64,000 bases of DNA, from positions 930,001-994,000 of the forward strand of contig NW_025766989.1 in NCBI RefSeq assembly GCF_003918875.1, read 5' to 3'. Positions 50,872 to 62,894 of this stretch are shown one piece after another (the first letter of the stretch is position 1; each line of letters opens with the position of its first letter). Below the pieces are notes generated by a model, which did no database searches, was not told the DNA's origin, and saw only the letters and a program-made list of their open reading frames with translations. Position numbers and translations under genes: made by a program. Source of the DNA: Haliotis rubra (taxonomy: Eukaryota).

Positions 50872-51213
50872 GACCGCCTCAGTGGTGTAGTGGTTAGAGC
50901 GTCCACCCGGAGAGCGGAAGGTCGCGGGTTCGATCTCCGACCGCGTCATAAAATATGGTACTTGTTGGTCCCTGCCAGGCGCTCGGCATTAATGGGTACA
51001 ACAAGGACTGGTCGGCTCGGAGTCAGTATAATGTGTCTGAGTGGGGTATTCATGCTTCACTGCGGCATGGTATCTCAGTAGGCTAGCACTATAAAACCAG
51101 CTTCAGTCTGGGCTAGTACAAGCAGCCGCACATGCACATACACACGCATGCACGTCGTCATATGAGCGAAATATTCTCAAGCACGACGTTAAACCCAATT
51201 TCACCTCACCTCT
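50872..51213 (+). mobile_element. SINE family C, near full length
   Basis: A box tggtgtagtgg, B box ggttcgatc, Meta-type core, tail stem-loop and (CACCT)n. Confidence 0.94.
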
Positions 51214-52206
51214 TCACATTTCAACTGTAACACAAATTCTGATTAAACTTAGCACTTCTTCGCAAGAAAAGGACGTATGTGGACATGAACTGTTTCAAAT
51301 GAAACCTGTAATCAAAATCCACTGCTGAAAATTGAGCTGTCTGTTATACAGTAATAATGTGTTTAGATATCAAACACATGTTGGACATCTTTAGACAGAA
51401 ACGTGTTTGGGGCTGTGGTTAAGCTTTTGCGTGTGTATGTTAGCATGGAATCCCAGTTGCACCAGACAAAAACAGGTTGCATCCTGGCCCCATAAACTGA
51501 TCAAAGTTGAAACATAGATGCTGAACACGTTTAAGCTATAAACACACGATGGGGACGATGCCCTCGTTGCATACAGACTGCATCCTGAACATATCTCGTT
51601 TAAAGCCCTACACATGTCAATAGCTTGTATTTCATCACATGTCAATAAAACATGAGTTTTCTTAAGTAATAAAAATATGTCGCTAGGTGTTTAATTCTAT
51701 TTTTCAATTTTCCAGCTTTGAATCTTTAATCACAGGGTTATTTTTTCAACTTTCTTTCGGTAAAAGAATATATTCGCGTTGAACACGAGAATAGATTTCT
51801 CGCCGTCACTTTAAGAAAGAAACTGAAGAATAATAAATTAAGCATTAACAAAGGAAGCGTCACTGAAGTCAGCCTATTGTTCAGATGACGTAATGTTATC
51901 ACTAAGTGACGTCATATCGTACTGCTCTCAACAGTTCAGGAATGATAAGTATGCATGTATATCACTGAAAATGTAAACAGAAGCATAGACAGTTTGTGGA
52001 ATTATTTATAATAAATTCATGTCATGTGTCAAGGATACATATGTCATGGCATGGAATAAACTAGACCCGGGAAGATAGTTCAATGGTATGGAAACTACTT
52101 AACTGACAGATACTTCTCATTTAATAAAATAAATCGTCCAGTTTCCATTCGAAACGTCTCTAAATTCTATAAATCTTCGGATAAGTAATATTCCTTCCAA
52201 ATGTAT

Positions 52207-52559
52207 GGGGCGGTGGGGTAGCCTAGTGGTTAAAACGTTCGCTCGTCACGCCGAAGACCCGGGTTCGATTCCCCACATGAGTACAATGCGTAAAACCCAT
52301 TTGTGGTCTCCCCCTGGTGCTGGAATATCGCAAAAAGCGGCGTAAAACCACACTCACTCCAAATATATATTTTCAGATTTTTATTATCGAATAATTTGCT
52401 TGAAAACAGATAGCGGCGGTGGGGTAGCCTAAGGTATACACCGTTCGCTCGTCACGCCGAAGACCCGGGTTCGATTCCCTACATGGGTACAATGTGTGAA
52501 ACCCATTTCTGGTGATATTGCTGGAATATTGATAAAAGCGGCGTAAAACCATACTCACT
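52207..52559 (+). mobile_element. Two adjacent SINE family A copies (52207-52359, 52413-52559)
   Basis: Each has an A box, B box and tail. Confidence 0.92.
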
Positions 52560-52732
52560 TGATAAAGATACACACAGAATCGTGTCTGCAACAGATCCAA
52601 TTGAATCTGTTTTACATTCGACTTATTGTTAACACCAAACATACGCTATGTTGTAAACAATAACTGCTTCTTTTCCATTGTTACCGTTATATTTTAACAT
52701 TGAGCCATCGTTTGGGATTTCGTCACTTGTGA

Positions 52733-52898
52733 CTGAATGACTGATTTTGGTTTTACGCCACTTTTAGCAATATTCCAGCAACATCACGGCGGGGGACACC
52801 AGAAATGGGCTTCACACATTGTACCCATGTGGGGATTCGAACCCGGGTCTTCGGCGTGCCGAGCCAACGCTTTAACCACTAGGCTACCCCACCGCCCC
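52733..52898 (-). mobile_element. SINE family A
   Basis: TSD cgtcacttgtga (52721-52732 / 52900-52911). Confidence 0.94.
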
Positions 52899-53195
52899 AC
52901 GTCACTTGTGAATGAGTGGTTGTTGGTTAACGCCTCACTCAGCAATATTCCAGCTGTATGGCGGTGTGAATGGGTGACATTGCTTCAATCTTGGTTTCGG
53001 AATTATCTTAAGACACATTTCGTGAATGCGGGTGCTACCGGAGGGCAGGGTGTGCTTACCCTTTTCGCGAACACCGGGTGTCATCACTGATATTCAGTGA
53101 TCCATTCATATATTCTGTTTCTGAGAATGGTTAAGACTGGGTGTTCTTTTGCACCAGCATTTGATATTGAATAATTTGTTTTTTTACACATTGAA

Positions 53196-53564
53196 GTGAT
53201 GTGATGTGATGTGAGGTGAGGTGAAATTGGGTTTAACGTCGTGCTTGAGAATATTTCGCTCATATGACGACGTGCATGCGTGTATGTGTATGTGCGGCTG
53301 TTTGTACTAGCCCAGACTGAAGCTGGTTTTATAGTGCTAGCCCACTGAGATACCATGCCGCAGAGAAGCATGAATACCTCACTCAGACACAGTATACTGA
53401 CTCCGAGCCGACCAGTCCTTGTTGTACCCATTAATGCCGAGCGCCTGGCAGAGACCAACAAGTACCATATTTTAACGTCTTTTGGTATGACGCGGTCGGG
53501 GATCGAACCCGCGACCTTCCGCTCTCCGGGCGGACGCTCTAACCAGTACACCACGGAGGCGGTC
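53196..53564 (-). mobile_element. SINE family C, full length
   Basis: TSD tgaagtgatgt (53192-53202 / 53565-53575), overlapping the tail repeat. Confidence 0.95.
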
Positions 53565-53651
53565 TGAAGTGATGTAGTTCATAGACTTTCCACTTTGGTG
53601 AATGGGTTTTGGTATGGATATACTGTAGACAGTCTAACCGAGAAGTAATGG

Positions 53652-53873
53652 CTGATTGGCTGGTTTGTTGTTTAACGCTGCACTCAGCAATATATGGCGG
53701 TTGCCTGTAAATAATCGAGTCTGAACCAGACAATCCAGTGATCAACATCATGAGCATCGAATCTACGTAACTGGGATACGATGACATGTGTCAACCAAGT
53801 CAGCGAGCCTGACCACCCGAACCCGTTAGTTGCCTCTTACGACAAGCGTTGGTGTTGCTGAAGACCAATTCTA
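53652..53873 (-). mobile_element. SINE family B
   Basis: Family consensus, ending ~20 nt short of the usual 5' end. Confidence 0.9.
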
Positions 53874-54068
53874 GAAATAATAGGATTCACGCCAATGAGA
53901 GTTGGCACACCGTAATTAGAACGAAGATCTATGCAGTAACTGCGGCGGCTGACACGTTTCTCCTCGATATTCTCTCACCAGTGAAAGACCCGATGAAGGA
54001 GCCAGGGAGGCAACAGATTTTGGTCGAGACAAACCAGTGAGTGACAGTATGAGCATCCATGCTTAGGA

Positions 54069-54128
54069 GTGAGTGAGTGAGTTATTAGTTAACGTCACAT
54101 CGGCAATATTGCAGCCATATCGTGACGA
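54069..54128 (-). mobile_element. Family E minimal insertion (tail stem-loop + (ACTC)n only)
   Basis: TSD ccatgcttagga on both sides (54057-54068 / 54129-54140). Confidence 0.9.
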
Positions 54129-54401
54129 CCATGCTTAGGATAAATTACCACGCTCACAAAAGTAATCAAATATCAACGGATCTGGAACAGATAAACCCAT
54201 GGTCGAGAGAGTAAGTATTGCAGCCCTTCGTTAGATTATCATGGTGCATCTTACAACTTAGAACTGATCTGTCTATACTCGAAGTCACTTGCGACCTACA
54301 ACTGTTCCCATCACTTTCAATAAGCAGTGTCTGCTGGACCACAATTGGATCGAAAGTGGGATTCGAACCCATAGGGACGCAACTCTGTACAGGGAATGAT
54401 A

Positions 54402-55370
54402 TTCAGCTCAGTCCAGTTAAACCTCAAGTATGGATGAGGATATTCGTCTCGCAGTTTATTTAGCACGATCCAGTTAAGTCTTAAGCATGGATGACAATAT
54501 TCGTCTCTCACTAATATTTAGCTCAGTCCAGTTAAACCTCAAGTATGGATGAGGATATTCGTCTCGCAGTAATTGTTAGCACGATCCAGTTAAGTCTTAA
54601 GTATGGATGACAATATTCGTCTCTCACTAATATTTAGCTCAGTCCAGTTAAACCTCAAGTATGGATGAGGATATTCGTCTCGCAGTAATTGTTAGCACGA
54701 TCCAGTTAAGTCTTAAGTATGGATGACAATATTCGTCTCTCACTAATATTTAGCTCTGTCCAGTTAAACCTCAAGTATGGATGAGGATATTCGTCTCGCA
54801 GTAATATTTAGCACACAGATTTAAGTCTTAAGTATGGATGAGAATATTCGTCTCTCACTAATATTTAGCTCTGTCCAGTTCATCCGTAAGTAAGGATGAG
54901 GATATTCGTCTCTCACTAATATTTAGCACTATCCAGTTCAGCCTTAAGTATGGATGAGGATATTCGTCTCTCACTAATATTTAGCTCTATCCAGTTCAGC
55001 CTTAAGTATGGATGAGGATATTCGTCTCTCACTAATATTTAGCACTATCCAGTTCAGCCTTAAGTATGGATGAGGATATTCGTCTCTCACTAATATTTAG
55101 CACTGTCCAGTTCAGCCTTAAGTATGGATGAGGATATTCGTCTCTCACTAATATTTAGCTCTATCCAGTTCAGCCTTAAGAGAGCATGTGGCTACTCGTC
55201 TCACACAAATATTTGGCATGATCCAGGTTTACCTGTAGTATGCATGCGGCTGTTCGTCTCACACCATAGTTTCGCTCTATCAGTTACTCGTCTCACACCT
55301 TTAACCAGTACTACCCAGTTTAGCCTGAAGTGTGCATGTGGCTGTTCGTCTTACACTAATGTTTGGCACA
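54402..55370. repeat. Minisatellite, 58-bp unit; 116-bp dimeric higher-order repeat at left, monomeric at right, decaying after ~55180
   Basis: gctc[a/t]gtccag starts at 54406, 54521, 54637 and 54753; alternate units begin gcacgatccag. Confidence 0.96.
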
Positions 55371-56250
55371 ATCAATTTTGGATACAAGTTCACACATGCC
55401 TCTTCAAAACCACTAATGTTTGACGATATAAATTTTACCCAAAAGAATGAATGTGGCCATTTGTAACCCTTTTGTACTTGTTCATTCTTTATACTTGGTC
55501 ATATACTACGTATATAACAGCTATATGCATATTTCTGGCTACACGCAACCTAGACCAACATTTAGTCTCTGAAATGAACATATTTTACCAAAAAGTACAG
55601 TTCATAAATAATAATCATAAAATATCAGGAAAAGGAGCCCAGAGACTTTCTTTATTTTCAGAAACTTTGTAAAACCGTGGTTAGCTAGGCTTGCCACATA
55701 TTTTAGACTTGCATGGGCTTTCTTGAATATATTTGTTTCAGGGTCTGTATGACAGACTAAACGGAATCCTATGTGAAGTTATCCACTCTAGCTTAGGAAT
55801 GGAAATAGTTCACCTTCATATGTTTGGCGTGTTATTTTCCATCCATGTGATCTCTATCGGGTTGTTGACGCATAATGTGTATGACCGGCACTTTATCAGT
55901 GGCGACACTTGATTGTAAACCGGAAAATCTGCGTTTTGACTGAACAGTTCCTTGTTTCAGACGTCAACAACGCCCTCTTTGTCCTAAGTATCGGAACTAC
56001 TTCGCAATATACTACCAACAATGGTTGACATATCACAAAACTATCCATGTATACTGACGAGCAAAAGAAACTACACCATAACAAATTTTAATAAAACTCA
56101 GAATTATGTTCTCATAAAATGAAACATAGAATACAACAGACACACGTGCAGCTAAACACCTTGCTTTAGTTCACTGAATTTCCAAAGACTTTATTTGACA
56201 AATTTGGAAACGCTCGTGCAGCATGATCGTTGGATGGATTTGGGTATACA

Positions 56251-56701
56251 CCGACTGACTGAGTTTGGTTTTACGCCGCTTTTAGCAATATTCCAGCAAT
56301 ATCACGGCGGGGGACACCAGAAATGGGCTTCACACATTGTACCCATGTGGGGATTCGAACACGGGTCTTTGGCGTGACGACTGACTGACTGACTGAGTTT
56401 GGTTTTACGCCGCTTTTAGCAATATTCCAGCAACATCACGGCGGGGGACACCAGAAATGGGCTTCACACATTGTACCCATGTGGGGATCGAACACGGGTC
56501 TTTGGCGTGACGACTGACTGACTGACTGAGTTTGGTTTTGCGCCGCTTTTAGCAATATTCCAGCAACATCACGGGGGACACCAGGCTTCACACACACCAT
56601 CGAAATGGGCTTCTGACTGGACATTGTACCCATGTGGGGATTCGAACCCGGGTCTTTGGCGTGGCGAGCCAACGTTTAACCACTAGGCTACCCAACCGCC
56701 C
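56251..56701 (-). mobile_element. Head-to-tail trimer of SINE family A inside a single TSD
   Basis: TSD gatttgggtataca (56237-56250 / 56702-56715); junctions at gtgac|gactgactg. Confidence 0.93.
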
Positions 56702-57574
56702 GATTTGGGTATACAACAGCTCCTAGTGTTCATCAAAGCATAAGATGTGATAGACAAGCTGAGGGTAGTATAGCGTCGGGCACTGAATGAGGTGATCCGC
56801 CGTTTTTCGAACTCTGCAAGACGTGTGTGGGCATGTCTTGGGGGAATGAGTGAGTGAGTATAGTTTATTATATATATTCCAGCACTGGCACAGAGGGAAC
56901 ATCAGATTTCGGTTGCACGTGTTTGGTAACCACGTGGAGAATCAAACTCGGACTTTCGACTCGATAAGCAGACGCCTTAAGCTCAGAGTTACCCCACCAC
57001 CAATTACCTTGTCTGGGTACCAGTGGGAGACACCGGGTGCAGTCCAAATTGACACTATAGCCCTGTCCTTGTCCCAGTGGTCATTGAATCCATATTAATC
57101 CATACCACTACGGACTGTCATGTCATGTCATGTCATGATAGGAAACGTTACATTAAAAACAAATATCATCCTGTGTTTCCGGTCACGCCTCATATATACT
57201 TCAGGAAAGTTCAACAGGTGAACGATTGACTAGCCTTTGCATGTGTTTATGACGGGTACCACCGGTGGGGCAGGACACGTTACCTTTTCGCGAACAAATG
57301 ACATCATCACTATTGGAGTTATAAACACATGGTAATGTCAAAATCGTGTAACTGACTGCACGTAACAGAGGTTTCTCATTGATGTGGAAAATCTTTTATT
57401 TATGTATGATTCGACGGAAACGGTACCGATAGAAATGGATTTCATGAGACGACAAATGCAGGGATCAGCAGGACAAGACTCTAAGTCTTGCTATCTGTCG
57501 TTGGGATTTATTACTTCAGCCAGTGGCAAGTTTGGGATTTATTCCATCAACGCGTCTTAGACCAATTTACAAAA

Positions 57575-58273
57575 TAATACCGGTTAACCGGTATATTGCA
57601 ATTCGATATATACGATATATTGCGGTACACTTTTCGCAAACCGGTTCACCCGATATGATCGGTAATTTTCGTGATATTGTCAAAACTACTAATAACATTT
57701 GTATTTCCTTTATATTATTAAACATTAATAATTTTGAGAATGTTTATTGGTCATATAATTGCATTTGCGTGACTTTTAAACCATATAAATAAAAAATATA
57801 GATTGATACCGGCACTCGTTGTAAGGATAAACAAACCAAAATGGCGGACGCCGCTGCAGACGCTTTTTCTCGAGTTCAACACTTCAGAGCGGAGTCTTCA
57901 ATTAGGAAACATTTTCAATTGACCTCTGGTACAATACCATCTGAGTCCTGACAGCGGCCAAAGGAAAGGAAACAGTAATTTCATTACCTTAAACCGTGTA
58001 TTATACTTTCACAATATATTGCAATACATATTGTAATACGCCAAGGGGTTATCCCAATACAATGGCGGATCCAAGGGGTAAAACCAAACTCCTTAAGGGG
58101 TTCGGGAGTTCGACCCCCACCCCCAAATGACTTAAGACCACATTGAAAAACAAACATTTGCGTTGGCGGAGCCGGGGGTTCAGGGTTTAACCCCACCCAC
58201 TTTTTTCTCAAAATTCCTGGATCCGCCCATGCAATATATCGCAATACGAAAATTTCGACAATACCTAACCCTA
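57575..58273 (+). mobile_element. Non-autonomous hAT-like element (left end not resolved)
   Basis: Right end ...tacctaaccCTA; inverted subterminal tattgc/gcaata motifs; ATG at 57841 reads MADAAADAFSRVQHFRAESSIRKHFQL, resembling the start of a BED finger (S.[VI]W.HF). Confidence 0.6.
58060..58231. mobile_element. GC-rich MITE nested in the hAT-like element
   Basis: TIRs caatggcggatcca / tggatccgcccatg; apparent 5-bp TSD caata. A related single end lies at 48248-48300. Confidence 0.7.
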
Positions 58274-58796
58274 TCACTCACACAATCTCAACTTCCAATG
58301 ACGAGGGCTCCAATACCAGGTTCGCTGGGATTACGATTCTTGGTTTGTCAGCACTATACCCTTGCACACGGATTTCACCCAAGTACTATTCTTGTAAACA
58401 TAAGCATTAATCTAGGATTCCCTTCCACAGTTTACTGACACGTCGATATAGGATTAGTGAGTAAGTGAGCATGGTTTTACGTCACATAGGACATTAGGAA
58501 TGGGCTTGTACCACAGCGGGAACCTGAACTCAGTGTTAAGAGCGAATGCTTGAACCTCCAGAGTCACCATCTCTCCCCGTTATAATGGAAACAGTGCGGT
58601 GAAAGGCTGCCTTCAACCAACACTCTGTAATTCCACAGGAGCCTATTCTACAAACGTTTCCATGTCCATTCTACATTACCTAAGTTATATATGCGAATAG
58701 ACCCGTGAAAATCCGTATTAGAATTATTAAATGAATAAATAAATTAATATTAAAACAGATTATATTCAAATATGAACTCTATACCTTACGAGACAT

Positions 58797-59260
58797 CCGT
58801 GAAGATCCGAATTAGAATTAGTCTTCTCAGCAACCCATGCTTAAGAGACGATAAAGGGGATCGGGTGGTCACGCTTGCTGACTTGGATGACGCATGTAAT
58901 CGAATATCAATTGCCTAGATCGATGTTGATTGTCTGGTCCAGCCTTGATTGTTTAAGGACCTCTGCCACATGAGTGAGTGAGTTTAGTTTTACGCCGCAC
59001 TCAGCAATATTCCAGCTATTCCGGCGGTCTGTAAATAATCGCGTCTGGACCAGACAATCCAGTGATCAACAACATGAGCATCAATCTGCGCAACTGGGAA
59101 CCGATGACATGTGTCAACCCAGTCAGCCGAGCCTGACCACCCGATGCCGTTAGTTGCCTCTTACGACAAGCATGGGTTACTGAAGATCAATTCTACCCGG
59201 ATCTTTTTCACGGGTATAGCTGGAATATTGCTGAGTGCAGCGTTAAACAACAAACAGACA
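58797..59260 (+). mobile_element. Older SINE family B (+) interrupted by a younger family B (-) at 58971-59215
   Basis: Host reads ...ctctgccaca|tatagctggaatattgctgagtgcagcgttaaac once the insert is removed. Confidence 0.88.
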
Positions 59261-60473
59261 TAATATTCAAACGTCAAACAGGAATAATTGTTATTTAGAT
59301 ATACATGTACATGTACATGTTCTCCATGTCGCGAATTACGTAATGAGTTCTGTGGACCAAGCTGCATCATGACCGGTCGGCTCAGATCACCGGATAAGAA
59401 CACGATACCACGTTTATTGTCAAAGTGTCTTCGTCGCTGCAAATACACACTAAAATCATTAATTAAACCCGACAACGAATGACAATTAGAAGACAGCACG
59501 ATATTTGTAGGCGTCAATTAAATTGTCGACGCCCCACAAAGAACACTATGGAGACGAAAGGAGGGTCAAAACGGAGGTGAGAGAAAATGGCGGCAGTTTT
59601 AGAAGGCGATATAAAGGAATGGCAAAGGTGTCTAAAGTAGATGGTATCATTGACAGAGGCAATCTCTCGCCAAGCGAGAACAACATAGGGAGATTGAGAT
59701 ACAAGTCCTATTATTGCTACATAGCTGACGGGCTTGAGCGATACCCCATACAGCCATGTTATTCTAGGTAGCACTATTAGCCCCTGAATGACGATATATC
59801 TCCACTAAGTAGCCGTTTGCGGGTAATACGATTCTTCTTGCGCAGATAATGAGTGATTACTGAGATTTCTCGCTTCAAAATTACCGCTTAGGGCCCTGAA
59901 ATGGAATTTGAAAATGATTGCTTGCTTGTGCGATTCGTTCGTTGCTGTGATTCCTCTGCCCCAACCGCCAGAGGCTCCCTGGAGGGGGTCGGGTTTCCGG
60001 ATTGATACGCAGCTACAAATTAGAACTGTCAGACATGGTCAAATGGAAGCACTTCTCGTTTGTCCAAGTATTTCAACAATGAGCAATAGAGTGTTGATCG
60101 TTATACCTCATCTTTATCAGTATGTACCGTTATGCAGGGCCCTATGTGTTGAGTGAGTGAGTGATTATACCTGCTTATCGCTGCATCAACAATCTTGCAG
60201 GTATTTGTGCATATTACTGTCTTAGTGTGATGATGAGATGCAAGATGTTGGTGTTCAAGATTCTTGCACTCACTCATATAAACACACTTGCATGCATATA
60301 TATGTGTGCACTTGTTGCTGTTTGTACTATCCCGGAGTAATGCTAATCTAATAGTGACACTGAAATACCCTTACTCAGTTTAACATGAGCAAACCACTCA
60401 AACCCATAGACCCGGCTGACAGTCCCTGTTTTATTCCCGAGCGCCAGGCAGGGCAACAACAAGTGCCATCTTG

Positions 60474-60766
60474 TAGAGCTGTGACGATATATCGTAGTAT
60501 CGATAATCGTGATACGTTTTCTGACAATAAATATATCGATACTTTTTTTCGTATCGTGATATGTATCGTTGACCTTAAAATTATGAATTTTCACTAGAAA
60601 TTGACGGTTATGTCAAAATTTACACTGTTACTTGTTATCAAAATACACCTTTTTAAAGAAAATAACTAAAGATAGCATATCGTGATATGCATCGTATCGA
60701 ATCGTATCGTTCCAAGATATCGCGATACGTATCGTATCGTGAAATTTCTGTATCGTCACACCTCTA
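60474..60766. mobile_element. hAT-superfamily MITE (293 bp) inserted in an old family C SINE
   Basis: TIRs tagagctgtgacgata / tatcgtcacacctcta; perfect 8-bp TSD ccatcttg (60466-60473 / 60767-60774); many subterminal tatcg/cgata motifs. Confidence 0.93.
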
Positions 60767-61326
60767 CCATCTTGCAACGTCTTTTGTAATCGACGGCGAC
60801 GACAGCGATATTGTTATCAATTATAGCCTTTACTCAGTCATGAGGGTAATTATAAAATAAAGGGAGATAACTGTATATGGTAATTAAGCCACATACGCAT
60901 AACTGTAGTCAGTGTTGTGTGAATTGTTTTATTTTGAACTTTGCTTTTCGTGTTTCCTCGATCTCTTAATACCATTACCCCCATTCTACCAATGCAGATT
61001 CACGCGAGTACGCAGCGAAACAAGCACCATTCTTTAATGTCTTTTGATATAACGTGGCGGAGGATCGAACCCCTACCTTCCACTCGCCAGGTGGATGCAC
61101 CATCTACCAGACCAACGAGGCAGTCTATAAGAATTTATGAAGAGAGCTAAGTTTACCTTGTTCTGCTTCGAAACCGCGTTAACTCGGATACCAAAGATAG
61201 CTATAAAACTTTATCGGAATATTTCGTTTTTGACAATGAGCATGACTTAAAATATCAACGTTGAACAGTTTAACAATGTTGTAGTTATAAATAACGATTA
61301 TAAGTAGTTTTGTTACAGCACTGGTT

Positions 61327-61754
61327 TGGTTTGTTGTTTTACGCCGCACCCATCAATATTACAGCATTGGTTTGGATTATTGTTTAACTGAGCAATATTA
61401 CAGCTATATGGTGGCGGTCTGTAAATAATCGAGTCTGGACCAGACAATGCAGTGATCAACAGCATAAGAAAGAGGATATACTGTGGACAATCTAATCGAG
61501 AAATAATGGTTGGTTGGCAAGATGGTTGTTTGACGCCGTACTCAGCAATATTCCAGCTATATAGCCTCGTCTGTAAACAATCGAGTCTGGACCAGACAAT
61601 CCAGTGATCAACAGCATAATGAACGATATACGCAATTGCGATACGATGACATGTGTCAACCAAGTCAGCTAGCCTGACCACCCGATCCCGTTTGTCGTCT
61701 TTTATGACAAGCACGGGTTGCTGAAGGCCAATTCTAACACGGATTTTCAAGGGT
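61327..61754 (-). mobile_element. Compound SINE family B (full copy + 36-nt spacer + partial copies)
   Basis: Three tail segments; flanked by tttgttacagca[c/t]tggtt (61309-61326 / 61754-61771). Confidence 0.85.
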
Positions 61755-62078
61755 TTGTTACAGCATTGGTTGGCCAATATCCACACCAATGATCTGAAGT
61801 GTAAACGCTGGATTGGAATTGATAAAATTTCTACTAAAACATATTTATCAGCGGGGCACTGTCCACTTCGTTTCAACACATGTATTGATAAATCTGTCAT
61901 GGACAAACAGTTCTGTTTCTACATCTGGACAAACACTTGGATGGGTAGTGACCGAGTACGGTCTTCAGCACTGGATCAATTAACACTTGACCAGAGGGCA
62001 GCGAAAAGGTCAGTGCAAACCCGTTCACAGAAAGGTTTAAAGAGATCTCAGGAAAACAAGGAATGTTACAAACAGTTT

Positions 62079-62229
62079 GGGACGGTGGGGTAGCCTAGTG
62101 GTTAAAGCGTTCGCTCGTCACGCCGAAGACCTGGGTTCGATTCCCCACTTGGGTACGACGTGAAGGCCATTTCTGGCGTCCCCCGCCGTGAATGTTGCTA
62201 AGAGCGGCATGAAACCATACTTACTCACT
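62079..62229 (+). mobile_element. SINE family A
   Basis: A box, B box, tail. Confidence 0.9.
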
Positions 62230-62578
62230 CAACGGTAAACGTACATCAGACGTCTCGCCTGGGGTGTAATATCACAATTTTCAGAAAGAAGTGGATCTAA
62301 GTGTGAATTTTGAAATGTATATTTGCTTGTGCCCGGCAGCTGTTCCAACCCAGAACCATCACGGGAGTTGAGTATTTGCTTTAGCACCACAGACGGAGAA
62401 TTAGCTTTCGGCAGTGCTACCATGACGAGATCCACCACCAACCATTCCATTGTGGAAGGCACTGTCTTCATGTGAGGCTTGTGCAACTCATTAAAAGGGA
62501 CAGTTCATTTCAAATATTTCTGTCTAAAACAATGGTTTATGATTTTATCAAATTAATCACTTTATTTCACAGGTACTG

Positions 62579-62686
62579 GGCCCAGATTTTCGAAGCTCTT
62601 TTAAGCGCTAAGATAGTCGTAAGTGCCATACATTAACATTAACTTACGACTATCTTAGCGCTAAGAGAGCTTCGAAAATCTAGGCC
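62579..62686. mobile_element. Palindromic MITE (copy 2, spacer inverted)
   Basis: CTG/CTG flanks (62576-62578 / 62687-62689). Confidence 0.9.
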
Positions 62687-62734
62687 CTGGATCCAATTTG
62701 CAGAATATTTTGTAGTCTCATGTATATCTGTCTT

Positions 62735-62894
62735 GGGCGGTCGGGTAGCCTATTGGTTAATGCGTTCGCTCGTCACGCCATAGACCTGGGTTCGATTCCC
62801 CACATGGGTACAATGTGTTAAACCCATTTCTGGTGTACCCCGCCGTGATATTGCTGGAATATTGTTAAAAGCGGCGTAAAACAATACTCACTCA
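62735..62894 (+). mobile_element. SINE family A
   Basis: TSD ctcatgtatatct (62717-62729 / 62895-62907). Confidence 0.93.

Noticed and set aside
59523-59771. 82-aa ORF with protein-like composition
   Set aside because: Non-ATG start, no recognisable domain and no convincing splice sites; cannot be supported without transcript data.
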